Shown piece after piece: positions 25,695 to 34,218 of a stretch of 43,320 nt of DNA. Each line of letters begins with the position of its first letter. The stretch's first letter is position 1. The stretch comes from Alphaproteobacteria bacterium (GTDB taxonomy: Bacteria > Pseudomonadota > Alphaproteobacteria > Sphingomonadales > SMXR01): positions 1 to 43,320 of the forward strand of contig SMXR01000032.1 of assembly GCA_004356215.1 (NCBI GenBank). Reading direction: 5' to 3'. Made by a program: the position numbers and the translations under genes. The notes beneath the pieces were generated by a model, which was not told the origin of the DNA, ran no database searches, and saw only the letters and a list, made by a program, of their open reading frames with translations.

Positions 25695-26828
25695 ATGAAG
25701 ATAGCCGTCTGGAAGGAAACACGGGGTGATGAACGCCGGGTCGCCGCAACCCCCGATACCGTGAAAAAATTTATCGATCTCGGGTTCCGGGTCGCGGTTG
25801 AGGCTGGCGCGGGACTAAATTCCAGCATTCCCGATGCCGCTTATCTGGACGCCGGCGCGACCATCGCCAAATCCGCCAGGGATGCCGCTTCCGGCGCCGA
25901 TATTATTCTTAAAGTCAGCCGTCCGACCGCCAAGGAACGCCCCAACCTGCCCAAGGGGGTGATACTGGTCGCAATTCTGGCCCCCCACGCCGATGCCGAA
26001 AGTATCAAGGCCTACGCCCGGGGTGGTGTGACCGCGTTTGCCATGGAGTTGATGCCGCGCATCACCCGGGCGCAATCGATGGATGTGTTGTCGAGCCAAT
26101 CAAACCTTGCCGGTTACAAGGCGGTGCTGGATGCCGCCGGGGTTTACGGCCGGGTATTCCCGATGATGATGACCGCCGCCGGCACGCTCGCCCCGGCCAA
26201 GGTGATGGTCATGGGCGTCGGCGTTGCCGGACTGCAGGCGATTGCCACCGCCAGGCGCCTCGGGGCTATCGTTTCGGCCACCGACGTCCGGATGGCGACA
26301 AAAGAACAGGTTGAAAGCCTGGGTGCCAAATTTGTTATGGTCGAGGACGACGAGGCCAGGGAGGCCGAGACCGCCGGTGGCTACGCCAAGGAAATGTCGA
26401 AGGCCTACCAGAAAAAGCAGGCGGCCCTGATTGGCGAAACTATTCAAAAGCAGGATATCGTTATCACCACCGCGCTGATCCCGGGGCGCCCGGCGCCGGT
26501 TTTGATCACCAAAGAAATGGTGAAAACCATGCGGCCGGGCTCGGTGATCGTCGATCTGGCGGTCGAGATGGGCGGCAATTGTGAATTATCGAAGCCCGGC
26601 GAAGTGGTTGATGCCGGGGGGGTAAAGATTGTCGGGTATCTCAACGTGCCATCGCGCCTCGCCGCCGATGCCTCGGCGCTTTATGCCAAAAACCTTTTGA
26701 ATTTTGTCACCATGCTGGTCGATGCCGAAAAAAAGGAAATCGCCATCGATTGGGACGATGAGATCCTGAAAGCGATCACGCTGGCCCGCGGCGGCAAAAT
26801 TGTTCATCCAAACTACGGGGGGAAATAA
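25695..26828 (+). CDS. pntAA: NAD(P) transhydrogenase subunit alpha part 1 (dI)
   Basis: Alanine-dehydrogenase/PNT fold. MKIAVWKETRGDERRVAATPD N-terminus, Rossmann VMVMGVGVAGLQAIATARRLGA; 377 aa. Confidence 0.9.
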   Translation: MKIAVWKETRGDERRVAATPDTVKKFIDLGFRVAVEAGAGLNSSIPDAAYLDAGATIAKSARDAASGADIILKVSRPTAKERPNLPKGVILVAILAPHADAESIKAYARGGVTAFAMELMPRITRAQSMDVLSSQSNLAGYKAVLDAAGVYGRVFPMMMTAAGTLAPAKVMVMGVGVAGLQAIATARRLGAIVSATDVRMATKEQVESLGAKFVMVEDDEAREAETAGGYAKEMSKAYQKKQAALIGETIQKQDIVITTALIPGRPAPVLITKEMVKTMRPGSVIVDLAVEMGGNCELSKPGEVVDAGGVKIVGYLNVPSRLAADASALYAKNLLNFVTMLVDAEKKEIAIDWDDEILKAITLARGGKIVHPNYGGK

Positions 26829-26829
26829 A

Positions 26830-27135
26830 ATGGAAATCCTTACTGAAGTCCAGGCCAACCCATTCGTCCAGCAGCTGTCAATTTTCGTGCTGGCGGTGTT
26901 TATCGGTTATTACGTTGTCTGGTCGGTGACCCCGGCGCTGCACACGCCTTTGATGTCGGTCACCAATGCGATCTCATCTGTGATTATTGTTGGCGCCCTG
27001 ATTGCCGCCGGGCCTGATGTTACCAGTATCTCAAAAATCCTCGGCATCATTGCCATCGCACTGGCGGGCGTGAACATTTTCGGCGGTTTTGCCGTCACCG
27101 GGCGCATGCTCGCCATGTACAAGAAAAAGAAATAG
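26830..27135 (+). CDS. pntAB: NAD(P) transhydrogenase subunit alpha part 2 (membrane dII-a)
   Basis: ATG 26830 is 1 nt after the pntAA stop. The 101-aa, 3-TM protein carries TPLMSVTNAISSVIIVGA and GGFAVTGRML blocks. The ORF-track start at 26800 overlaps pntAA and was trimmed. Confidence 0.88.
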   Translation: MEILTEVQANPFVQQLSIFVLAVFIGYYVVWSVTPALHTPLMSVTNAISSVIIVGALIAAGPDVTSISKILGIIAIALAGVNIFGGFAVTGRMLAMYKKKK

Positions 27136-27144
27136 GGACGGTTT

Positions 27145-28563
27145 ATGTCGGAATTACAGGTTAACGCCACGGCCATAGCCTACCTCGTTTCAGCGGTGCT
27201 GTTTATCATGGCGCTGCGCGGCCTGTCCTCGCCCGACAGTTCACGCAAGGGCAATGTTATGGGTATTCTGGGGATGTTCATCGCCATCACCGCAACGGTC
27301 CTCAATCCCGAAATTGTCTCCTACGGGTGGATTGCCGGCGCACTCCTGTTCGGCGGCGGCATTGGTTTTATAATTGCCCGCCGGATTGCGATGACGGCGA
27401 TGCCGCAGCTGGTGGCCGGCTTCCATAGTCTTGTCGGGCTGGCGGCGGTGCTGGTTGCCGGGGCGGCGTTCCTCAACCCGATTGCCTTTGATATTGCCGA
27501 TGCCATGGGAAATATTTTTACCGCCTCCAAGATCGAAATGTCGCTGGGAGCGGCGATTGGGGCCATAACCTTTTCCGGATCGATTATCGCGTTTTTGAAA
27601 CTGCAGGGCCTGATGTCGGGAACGCCGATCACACTCCCCGGCCGCCATGTCATCAATGGTGCCTTGGCGCTGGCAATCGTCGGGTTTATCGGCTGGTTCG
27701 CCATCGACCAGTCGATCAGCTTCGGCCCGGTCCATATATTCTGGGCGCTGACGGCCTTGAGTTTTATTATTGGCTTTTTGCTGATAATCCCGATTGGCGG
27801 CGCCGACATGCCGGTGGTGATCAGCATGCTCAATTCCTATTCCGGCTGGGCCGCGGCGGGGATTGGCTTTACGCTCGGGAACGACGCCCTGATCGTTACT
27901 GGCGCGCTGGTCGGCTCCTCCGGGGCGATCCTTTCCTACATCATGTGCAAGGCCATGAACCGCTCGTTCATCAGCGTCATTGCCGGTGGGTTCGGTGGCG
28001 ATGATGCCGGCCCGGCGGCGGGGGCGGCGGAAGAAAAACCCTACAAACAGGGCAGCGCCGAGGATGCCGCGTTTATCCTGAAAAACGCCGGCAAAGTGAT
28101 CATCGTGCCCGGTTACGGCATGGCGGTGGCCCAGGCCCAGCATGCGTTACGCGAGATGGCCGACCTCCTTAAATCCGAAGGCGTCGATGTTTCTTATGCG
28201 ATCCATCCGGTGGCCGGACGGATGCCCGGGCACATGAACGTGCTGCTCGCCGAGGCCAACGTGCCTTACGATGAAGTGTTCGAGCTTGATGACATTAACA
28301 ACGAGTTCGCCACCGCCGATGTCGCTTATGTCATTGGCGCCAACGATGTCACCAACCCGGCGGCCAAGACCGATACCGCGAGCCCGATCTACGGCATGCC
28401 GGTTCTCGATGTCGAGAAGGCCAAGACGGTCTTGTTCGTCAAGCGCTCGCTCGGCACCGGCTACGCCGGGGTTGCCAACGAGTTGTTCTTTCGCGACAAC
28501 ACCATGATGCTTCTCGGCGACGCCAAGAAAATGACCGAAGGCATCAACAAGGCGCTGGATTAA
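27145..28563 (+). CDS. pntB: NAD(P) transhydrogenase subunit beta
   Basis: Multi-TM N-half plus the dIII NADP(H) domain (VIIVPGYGMAVAQAQH, IHPVAGRMPGHMNVLLAEA, GANDVTNPAA); 472 aa. Confidence 0.92.
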   Translation: MSELQVNATAIAYLVSAVLFIMALRGLSSPDSSRKGNVMGILGMFIAITATVLNPEIVSYGWIAGALLFGGGIGFIIARRIAMTAMPQLVAGFHSLVGLAAVLVAGAAFLNPIAFDIADAMGNIFTASKIEMSLGAAIGAITFSGSIIAFLKLQGLMSGTPITLPGRHVINGALALAIVGFIGWFAIDQSISFGPVHIFWALTALSFIIGFLLIIPIGGADMPVVISMLNSYSGWAAAGIGFTLGNDALIVTGALVGSSGAILSYIMCKAMNRSFISVIAGGFGGDDAGPAAGAAEEKPYKQGSAEDAAFILKNAGKVIIVPGYGMAVAQAQHALREMADLLKSEGVDVSYAIHPVAGRMPGHMNVLLAEANVPYDEVFELDDINNEFATADVAYVIGANDVTNPAAKTDTASPIYGMPVLDVEKAKTVLFVKRSLGTGYAGVANELFFRDNTMMLLGDAKKMTEGINKALD

Positions 28564-28583
28564 AATTTCAAGGAGATAATTCC

Positions 28584-29054
28584 ATGCTGAAAATTATTAA
28601 ATTGTTTATTGTCGTCCCTGTTTTTTCAATATTTTCTGCGATTTCTGCCAGTCCGGGTTTGGCCGGAGAAGAAGACGTGCTGGACGCGCCGTGTGTGGTT
28701 GATGGGTATCTTCGCGCCCGCGAACAAACCATGCAGGTCGATGCCAAGCCCAAGGATGTTGAGAGCCTTATGAAATTTGTCGCCGCAGACCTGGTTTACG
28801 AACATCCCCGGGTCGGGATCAAAATCGAGGGCGCTGAAGCCTACCGGGCGGGCGTGACCGCTTTCCTCGGCGACACCGATGACGGCCGTTATCAGGTGAT
28901 TGATTATCTGGTCAATGGCGATACGGTGGCGATCACCTTCAACCGGGAATTTAAAACCATGACCGATGGCCAATGGCAGGAAAGAGTAGTCAAACAACTG
29001 GTTGTTTTTGAGGTCAAAGACGGAAAAATCACCCGGATCATTGATTACTGGTAA
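28584..29054 (+). CDS. Secreted SnoaL-like / NTF2-fold protein
   Basis: Signal peptide MLKIIKLFIVVPVFSIFSAISASPGLA. About 125-aa mature domain with an NTF2-like pattern ending ...FEVKDGKITRIIDYW. Confidence 0.6.
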   Translation: MLKIIKLFIVVPVFSIFSAISASPGLAGEEDVLDAPCVVDGYLRAREQTMQVDAKPKDVESLMKFVAADLVYEHPRVGIKIEGAEAYRAGVTAFLGDTDDGRYQVIDYLVNGDTVAITFNREFKTMTDGQWQERVVKQLVVFEVKDGKITRIIDYW

Positions 29055-29115
29055 AAATCTGTACTGCCATGACTGAAAGCATCATCAAGGCGTTGGAGTA
29101 ATTTAGGAGGGGTTT

Positions 29116-29607
29116 ATGTATTCATTTACTACAGTAGGAATTCGCTTAATGGCTGCCTATTTTGTTTTTTCCGGATTGGCATATTTTGGTGATTTTTTTC
29201 TCCCATTAATAGGGGCAAGCAACACCCCTCAACTTGAAAGTTATCAGGCCACCAGTTTTTATGTCATTACAAGCATAATTTTAGGGGTTCTTATATGGCT
29301 TATGTCTAAACCCTTAGCCATATTTGCTACGGCAGGATTACCTGAGGTAAATAAACAGGTAGGCTCTGAAAGTATTATTGCCAGCGGGACATTTTTGATT
29401 GGGCTTTACTGGTCTGTTTCCAGCTTACCGAATGCGATTTATACGACATTTTATATTAATTCTAATTATAGTATTGGCGAGCATGATTATGTCACTGAAA
29501 TCCTGTTTTCATCCTGGCTATCAGGAATTACGGGTCTAATTGTGATGCTCAGTTCATTTAGAATCGCCGGGTTAGTTGGAAAAATTCGCAAAATGGGAAC
29601 CAAGTAG
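29116..29607 (+). CDS. Hypothetical integral membrane protein (about 4 TM), no recognisable family
   Basis: Strong RBS (AGGAGG 6 nt upstream of the ATG). Four hydrophobic segments. Visibly AT-rich codon usage relative to its neighbours. Confidence 0.5.
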   Translation: MYSFTTVGIRLMAAYFVFSGLAYFGDFFLPLIGASNTPQLESYQATSFYVITSIILGVLIWLMSKPLAIFATAGLPEVNKQVGSESIIASGTFLIGLYWSVSSLPNAIYTTFYINSNYSIGEHDYVTEILFSSWLSGITGLIVMLSSFRIAGLVGKIRKMGTK

Positions 29608-29621
29608 GTAGGCTTTTTGCC

Positions 29622-30308
29622 TTATTTATTAGGCATAAACTCACCCAGCGACTTCTTCTGCATGCCATCCGCATCAAAATTCGCCGGGTCGAGCCAGGCC
29701 AGATAAGCAGCATCGATGGCGGGCCATTCACTATCGATGATCGAATACCACGCGCTATCGCGGCTACGGTCTTTCATGACAAAATGCTGGCGGAAAATGC
29801 CCTCAAAAGTAAAGCCGAAACGCTCGGCGGCGCGTTTTGAAGGCTCATTCAGGTTATTGCATTTCCATTCATAGCGGCGGTAACCAAGCGTGGTCATGGC
29901 GTAGTGGCTTAAAAGGTAGATCGCTTCGGTGGCGCCAACGGTGCGGCGTAATTCCTTGGTAAAACGGATGTAGCCGACTTCAATGGTGCCATGTTCGGGG
30001 ACGAAATTCAAAAGCGAAAATGTACCCACTGGCATGCCATCGCGGTTCCGGAGAATTGAAAAAAACAGGTATTCTTCATTTATTTCACACTCTTTCATGT
30101 GGTCTTCAAATTCAGCAAAAGTATGGAACGGCCCGGTCGGCAAGTAATCGTATGTGAAATGCTCGGAGGGGTCTTTGATCAGCTGATATAGCGGCGCGGT
30201 ATGATCCCCGGCATTCAGCGGCACAATGGTCACATGCGCCCCCTTAAGCTTAACCCGTTCCGGCGGCGGGGCGCCTTTCCAGTTAAGTTTTTTTGGGGTG
30301 CTGTTCAT
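29622..30308 (-). CDS. GNAT-family N-acetyltransferase (RimJ/RimL-like, Acetyltransf_3)
   Basis: 228 aa. The pattern G.IEVGYI.F....R.T.ATEA.YLL..YA...LGYRR.EWKC...N..S..AAERFGF.FEG is typical of RimJ/L-type GNATs. Confidence 0.75.
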   Translation of the reverse strand: MNSTPKKLNWKGAPPPERVKLKGAHVTIVPLNAGDHTAPLYQLIKDPSEHFTYDYLPTGPFHTFAEFEDHMKECEINEEYLFFSILRNRDGMPVGTFSLLNFVPEHGTIEVGYIRFTKELRRTVGATEAIYLLSHYAMTTLGYRRYEWKCNNLNEPSKRAAERFGFTFEGIFRQHFVMKDRSRDSAWYSIIDSEWPAIDAAYLAWLDPANFDADGMQKKSLGEFMPNK

Positions 30309-30317
30309 CCCGGCACC

Positions 30318-30923
30318 TTATTGATGCGACCAGCCCTTGTCATCATCAGAATCAGCCGGCGAGCGGCCAAGGGGTTCGCCTTCGGTGGAAATGCCGAGGC
30401 CCAGCACGGTGCGGTTGGCGTAGGCGAAATAGGATACCACTTGATTGATCTCGAGAATCTCACCATCGTCCCAGCCGATGAGGCGCAAGTGGTCAACATC
30501 GGCCTCTTTCAAAAGGTCAGGATTTTGGGTGAGTTTGGCGGCGTAAAGCAGTGCCGCCAGTTCCTTGTCCTTGAAGGCCCCGGACGGAATACCGTTGACG
30601 ATGGCTGCCTTGATCTCTTTTGCGCGCTTATCATCCCTGAGGAGGCGTTTAAGGCCGGCAAAGTGATGATCAACACAATAGGCGCAACCGTTCAGGTGGC
30701 TGACGTAAACCCCGAGAACTTCGAGGAACCAGGTCGGGATTGTATTGGCGGTATGATGGAGCGCATTTTTATAAAGCGCCATATGGCCTTCCATGGAATG
30801 CGGGCGCAAGGAATGCGCCATCATGATGTTATCGACGGTATCCTCCGGGCCTTTGATGCGATCATATAAACGCTTCAGGCGCCCTTTAGCCTCGGCAAAG
30901 GGAATGGTTTTGATCCAGGTCAT
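30318..30923 (-). CDS. Carboxymuconolactone decarboxylase/AhpD-like 'peroxidase-related' protein
   Basis: CMD-domain CxxC-H motif (LNGCAYCVDHH) and a second half-domain (YFAYANR); 201 aa. Its stop lies 9 nt from the GNAT start. Confidence 0.72.
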   Translation of the reverse strand: MTWIKTIPFAEAKGRLKRLYDRIKGPEDTVDNIMMAHSLRPHSMEGHMALYKNALHHTANTIPTWFLEVLGVYVSHLNGCAYCVDHHFAGLKRLLRDDKRAKEIKAAIVNGIPSGAFKDKELAALLYAAKLTQNPDLLKEADVDHLRLIGWDDGEILEINQVVSYFAYANRTVLGLGISTEGEPLGRSPADSDDDKGWSHQ

Positions 30924-30950
30924 GAGAAAACCCTAATTGGTTAAAGGGGA

Positions 30951-30983
30951 TTGGCCAATAAAAAAGCGCCCTAAAAGGTGCTT
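30951..30983 (-). terminator. Terminator-like hairpin, near-copy of the rpsU terminator
   Basis: TTGGCCAATAAAAAAGCGCC-ctaaaa-GGTGCTT. It shares TTGG(C)CAATAAAAAAGCGCCC with 32217-32236. On the minus strand it lies about 45 nt downstream of the serine hydrolase stop, but the stem then has one A.C mismatch. Confidence 0.4.
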
Positions 30984-31026
30984 CCCCTAAAGTTTGGTCC
31001 AGATCACACCCCTAGTTCCTAAGTGG

Positions 31027-32115
31027 TTAATCCTCATCGACCAGGATTTTTTCGGCGATATCAGCATCGAAAAGATGCACACCATTGTTGGCAAACCAAA
31101 CCAGTGTTAACCCGTATTTTGGAAAACGGCGGACCCCGGCGCGGTACCCCCCTAAATCTCCGAAAGCCTGTTGAACATTTTTTCCAACCAAAATTCCGCC
31201 GCCAATTTCACCTGCGATCCAGCCCGGGGAAAATGGGGTAAGGTCGCCGGAAGACAAGGTTGCTGGCTCTAACATTTTGGCCCGAACAAATTCGGAAAGG
31301 ATTTTTCCTTTAATCAGTTCCCGATCCCATTTTAAATAATCATCCATGGTCATGAAGATTCCCCCAGCCCCATAGGTCTGTCTTAAAACGGTTGTTTCGA
31401 TTAGCCCCTGGTCGGTCGTTTCATAGCCCATAGCGGTTGGGGAAAGCCCCTTTGTCCCCGGTTCATTTACCCAAGCAAGCTCCATCTTCAAGGGTTTAAA
31501 AATCCGTTCATTTAAAAGGTAGCCATACCCTTGGCCGGTGGCAACTTCGATCATTTCGGCAATTAAAACGAAGGCCGAGTTGGAATAGGCGACATCGGTT
31601 CCTGGAGCAAAATCCAGTTTTCCATCGGAAATCATTAAATGATACACATCCGCATTATTTCTAATATCCAATCCCTTTTCCTCGGCAATGGAAAAATAAT
31701 CAGGAATGCCGCTGGTGTGGGTCAACAAATGCCACAGGGTAACTTTTCTATAGCTGTTAGGAAGGTTGTCCAAAAATTTAGTAGGGGAATCATCAAGGGA
31801 CAAAACACCCTCTTCAACCAATTGAAGAGCCAAGGCCGCGGTAAACTGTTTAGCCAAGGAGGCAAGATAAATTGGTGTGTCCATCCGTAATTTTTCTTTA
31901 CCAATGACTGCATCCCCAACCTCAAGGTGGCTAATGAGTTTTCCATCACAAGCCAAAGCCACAACAAACCCCGCCTTACCCGTGAAATCATCATTAAGAT
32001 CTCGCAAGATTTGGTTGGAGGCCGCTTTGTAGGTTTCACAATTTCCTGAAGCCCGTGCCAAGGGGGGCATGAAAAAAACTATCGAGCAAAACAAAATAAT
32101 AAAAAGAGTTTTCAT
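31027..32115 (-). CDS. Secreted serine hydrolase, beta-lactamase/PBP4*/EstB (class C-like) family
   Basis: Signal peptide MKTLFIILFCSIVFFMPPLARA. SxxK (YLASLAKQF) and YxN (AYSNSAF) motifs. ATG 32115 with GAGG 7 nt upstream is preferred over TTG 32133. Confidence 0.8.
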   Translation of the reverse strand: MKTLFIILFCSIVFFMPPLARASGNCETYKAASNQILRDLNDDFTGKAGFVVALACDGKLISHLEVGDAVIGKEKLRMDTPIYLASLAKQFTAALALQLVEEGVLSLDDSPTKFLDNLPNSYRKVTLWHLLTHTSGIPDYFSIAEEKGLDIRNNADVYHLMISDGKLDFAPGTDVAYSNSAFVLIAEMIEVATGQGYGYLLNERIFKPLKMELAWVNEPGTKGLSPTAMGYETTDQGLIETTVLRQTYGAGGIFMTMDDYLKWDRELIKGKILSEFVRAKMLEPATLSSGDLTPFSPGWIAGEIGGGILVGKNVQQAFGDLGGYRAGVRRFPKYGLTLVWFANNGVHLFDADIAEKILVDED

Positions 32116-32216
32116 TTTTAAACCTCGTGTCAAATTTTTTTAAAACTCTACTACATGCGTAGATATAGTAAAGAAAATTAAACTACAGTTGTAGAATTTG
32201 TTTTTTAGATAGATTA

Positions 32217-32248
32217 TTGGCAATAAAAAAGCGCCCGATGAGGCGCTT
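32217..32248 (-). terminator. Intrinsic terminator of rpsU
   Basis: The minus strand reads AAGCGCC-tcatcg-GGCGCTT followed by TTTTATTG, about 24 nt downstream of the rpsU stop. Confidence 0.6.
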
Positions 32249-32271
32249 AAATAATGATTTGATTGGTGGGA

Positions 32272-32523
32272 CTAACGGCCGCGGCGGGAGTCTGAGCGTT
32301 CCGGGCGCGGGGTACGCGGGATCAGGCCATCGCGTTCCATCCGTTTGCGGTCCATCTTGCGGGCCCTGCGAACAGCGGCGGCGGCATCACGGGCGCGTTT
32401 TTCAGACGGCTTTTCATAGAAACGGCGCATCTTCATTTCCCGGTAGACGCCTTCGCGCTGCAGTTTTTTCTTGAGCGCTCTCAGAGCCTGGTCGACATTG
32501 TTATCGCGAACGGTGACTTGCAT
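32272..32523 (-). CDS. rpsU: 30S ribosomal protein S21
   Basis: [43 protein letters not shown] is canonical bS21. Start trimmed to ATG 32523 (AGGAG upstream). Confidence 0.9.
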   Translation of the reverse strand: MQVTVRDNNVDQALRALKKKLQREGVYREMKMRRFYEKPSEKRARDAAAAVRRARKMDRKRMERDGLIPRTPRPERSDSRRGR

Positions 32524-32675
32524 TAATTCATCAACTCCTAATATCAGGTTTGCCGCCGGTTTCCCGGAGTGCGGGGGTTTCTTTATCAAACCCGGAGACA
32601 TAAAGAAAGCATTTTTTACCCATTTTTTCAAAAAGGAGGTATATTCGCAGGGGTTTAGCCCTAAGCGGAGAAGTC

Positions 32676-33344
32676 ATGGCAAAATATAACAAAGCGCCCT
32701 CGGAAATGCGCCCTGAAATCATAGCGGCGATGCTTGATCATGTGCCTTTTGATGGCTGGTCGGAGGCGGGCATGAAGCAGGCCGCGGGTGATCTCGGGGT
32801 GCCCCTGGCATTCATCAAAATGGCATTCCCGGGGGGCGCCGCTGAGATGGTTGAAGAATACCTGTTGGGCCTCGATAGCGAAATGCTCAAGCTTCTCAAG
32901 AAAAAGCGTTTGGATAAAATGGGTATGACCAAGCGGATCGTCACCGCGGTTAAAGTCAGGCTTGAGATCAATCACGGGCACCGCGAGGCGGTGCGCCGCA
33001 CCGTTGGTTTCCTGGCGCTGCCGTTCAACGCGCCGCTTGCCGCCAAGTGCCTGTGGCGCACGGTTGATGCGATGTGGAACGCCGCCGGCGATACCGCCAC
33101 CGATTACAATCATTACACCAAGCGTCTGATTTTGGGCGGGGTCTATTCCACCACCCTGATCACATGGCTGGGTGATGAGTCTGAAGGGTACCAGGATACT
33201 TTTGAGTTTCTCGACCGGCGCATCGCAAATGTCATGGAGTTTGAGAAGGTCAAGGCAAAGGCCCGCGAGTTTACCAAGGATTTACCGGATCTGGCTAAAA
33301 TCCTGGGTAAAATGCGTTACCCCGACGGCCATAGACGGCCATAA
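32676..33344 (+). CDS. COQ9-like protein ('rpsU-divergently transcribed protein' family)
   Basis: Divergent from rpsU, as the family name (TIGR02396, recalled) implies. The N-terminal pattern IIAAMLDHVPFDGWSEAGMKQAAGDLGV...AFPGGAAEMVE fits that family; 222 aa. Confidence 0.78.
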   Translation: MAKYNKAPSEMRPEIIAAMLDHVPFDGWSEAGMKQAAGDLGVPLAFIKMAFPGGAAEMVEEYLLGLDSEMLKLLKKKRLDKMGMTKRIVTAVKVRLEINHGHREAVRRTVGFLALPFNAPLAAKCLWRTVDAMWNAAGDTATDYNHYTKRLILGGVYSTTLITWLGDESEGYQDTFEFLDRRIANVMEFEKVKAKAREFTKDLPDLAKILGKMRYPDGHRRP

Positions 33345-33347
33345 ATT

Positions 33348-33830
33348 TTAATCTTTTGGAATTTCGGCGAGATTGTCGGCTTGGGCCTTGCGCCAGGTTT
33401 TTATTTTGGCTTGCAAGGCCTTATCACTGATCGAAAGCATTTCGGCGGCCAAAATCCCGGCATTTTTAGCGCCATCAATGGCAACGGTGGCCACCGGAAT
33501 GCCCGGCGGCATCTGGACAATCGCCAGGAAAGCATCAATCCCCTCAAGGCTGGCCTTCAAGGGCACACCAATGACCGGCAGAGTGGTCAGGGCAGCGACG
33601 ACACCGGGAAGGTGCGCGGCCATACCCGCCCCGGCGATGAAAATGCGCGTACCGGCGGCTTCGGCTCCGGTTACATACTCCTGCAACCTGGCATTCTTGC
33701 GGTGGGCGGAAATGATTTTGGCTTCATTGGGAATGCCAAAAACATCCATGGCCTCGGCGGCTTTTTTCATCACCGGCCAATCAGACTGGCTGCCCATAAT
33801 GATGCTGACGAGTGGTGTTTTGGTTGCCAT
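33348..33830 (-). CDS. purE: N5-carboxyaminoimidazole ribonucleotide mutase (class I PurE)
   Basis: Collinear with E. coli PurE as recalled: IIMGSQSDW, ISAHR, AGAGMAAHLPGV, VIGVP, IVQMPPGIPVATVAI, WRKAQ. The class I signature is A-A-H-L-P-G. Confidence 0.88.
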   Translation of the reverse strand: MATKTPLVSIIMGSQSDWPVMKKAAEAMDVFGIPNEAKIISAHRKNARLQEYVTGAEAAGTRIFIAGAGMAAHLPGVVAALTTLPVIGVPLKASLEGIDAFLAIVQMPPGIPVATVAIDGAKNAGILAAEMLSISDKALQAKIKTWRKAQADNLAEIPKD

Positions 33831-33849
33831 CCTTCAATGTTCCTAAACT

Positions 33850-33879
33850 AAAAAAACCGGCATGGGTTTCACCTGCCGG
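33850..33879 (-). terminator. Intrinsic terminator-like hairpin 20 nt upstream of the purE start
   Basis: The minus strand reads CCGGCA-ggtgaaaccca-TGCCGG followed by TTTTTTT. Confidence 0.5.
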
Positions 33880-33888
33880 CGAGGTCCA

Positions 33889-33916
33889 ATTATAATCAGC
33901 ACCGTTAGTTTCGCAA
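33889..33916 (-). promoter_or_regulatory. Sigma70-like promoter (minus strand) upstream of the purE leader hairpin
   Basis: The minus strand reads TTGCGA (33916-33911), 16-nt spacer, TATAAT (33894-33889). Confidence 0.4.
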
Positions 33917-33951
33917 GCCAAATCGGTTTTTTCCCGCGATCAACTATAAAT

Positions 33952-34158
33952 TCAGGCAATAATATCAGGCAACAACCGGTCTTCCAGCTTGGTAATCTCA
34001 TCCTTGATAAAAAGCTTCTTTTTTTTCAACCGTTGCAGTTGCAGGCGGTCAGAGGTGCCAGCGCCAATCAGGGCGGTGAGGGCATCGTCAAGATCCCGGT
34101 GTTCCTCGCGGAGCCGGGTCAAGACCTCTTCAATTTCCAGTTTTTCGCTTTCTTTCAT
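33952..34158 (-). CDS. DUF465 (YdcH-like) small coiled-coil protein
   Basis: 68 aa. The pattern L..EHRDLD.AL.......SD.L.LQRLKKKKL.IKDEI..LE is characteristic of DUF465. Confidence 0.7.
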   Translation of the reverse strand: MKESEKLEIEEVLTRLREEHRDLDDALTALIGAGTSDRLQLQRLKKKKLFIKDEITKLEDRLLPDIIA

Positions 34159-34218
34159 GGCACTCCATTATTTTACATAGCCTTTCCACTGGGCCGCAGG
34201 CACTATATCACAAGTCTT

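Noticed and set aside
33348-33830. The idea that the purK-less purE next to COQ9-like and ubiX genes is a diverged PurE-fold enzyme (LarB-like or ubiquinone-related) rather than true PurE.
   Set aside because: The protein is collinear with E. coli class I PurE over its whole 160 aa, including AAHLPG and QMP.GIPV blocks, and is the right size. LarB-type proteins are much longer. purK is most simply encoded elsewhere.
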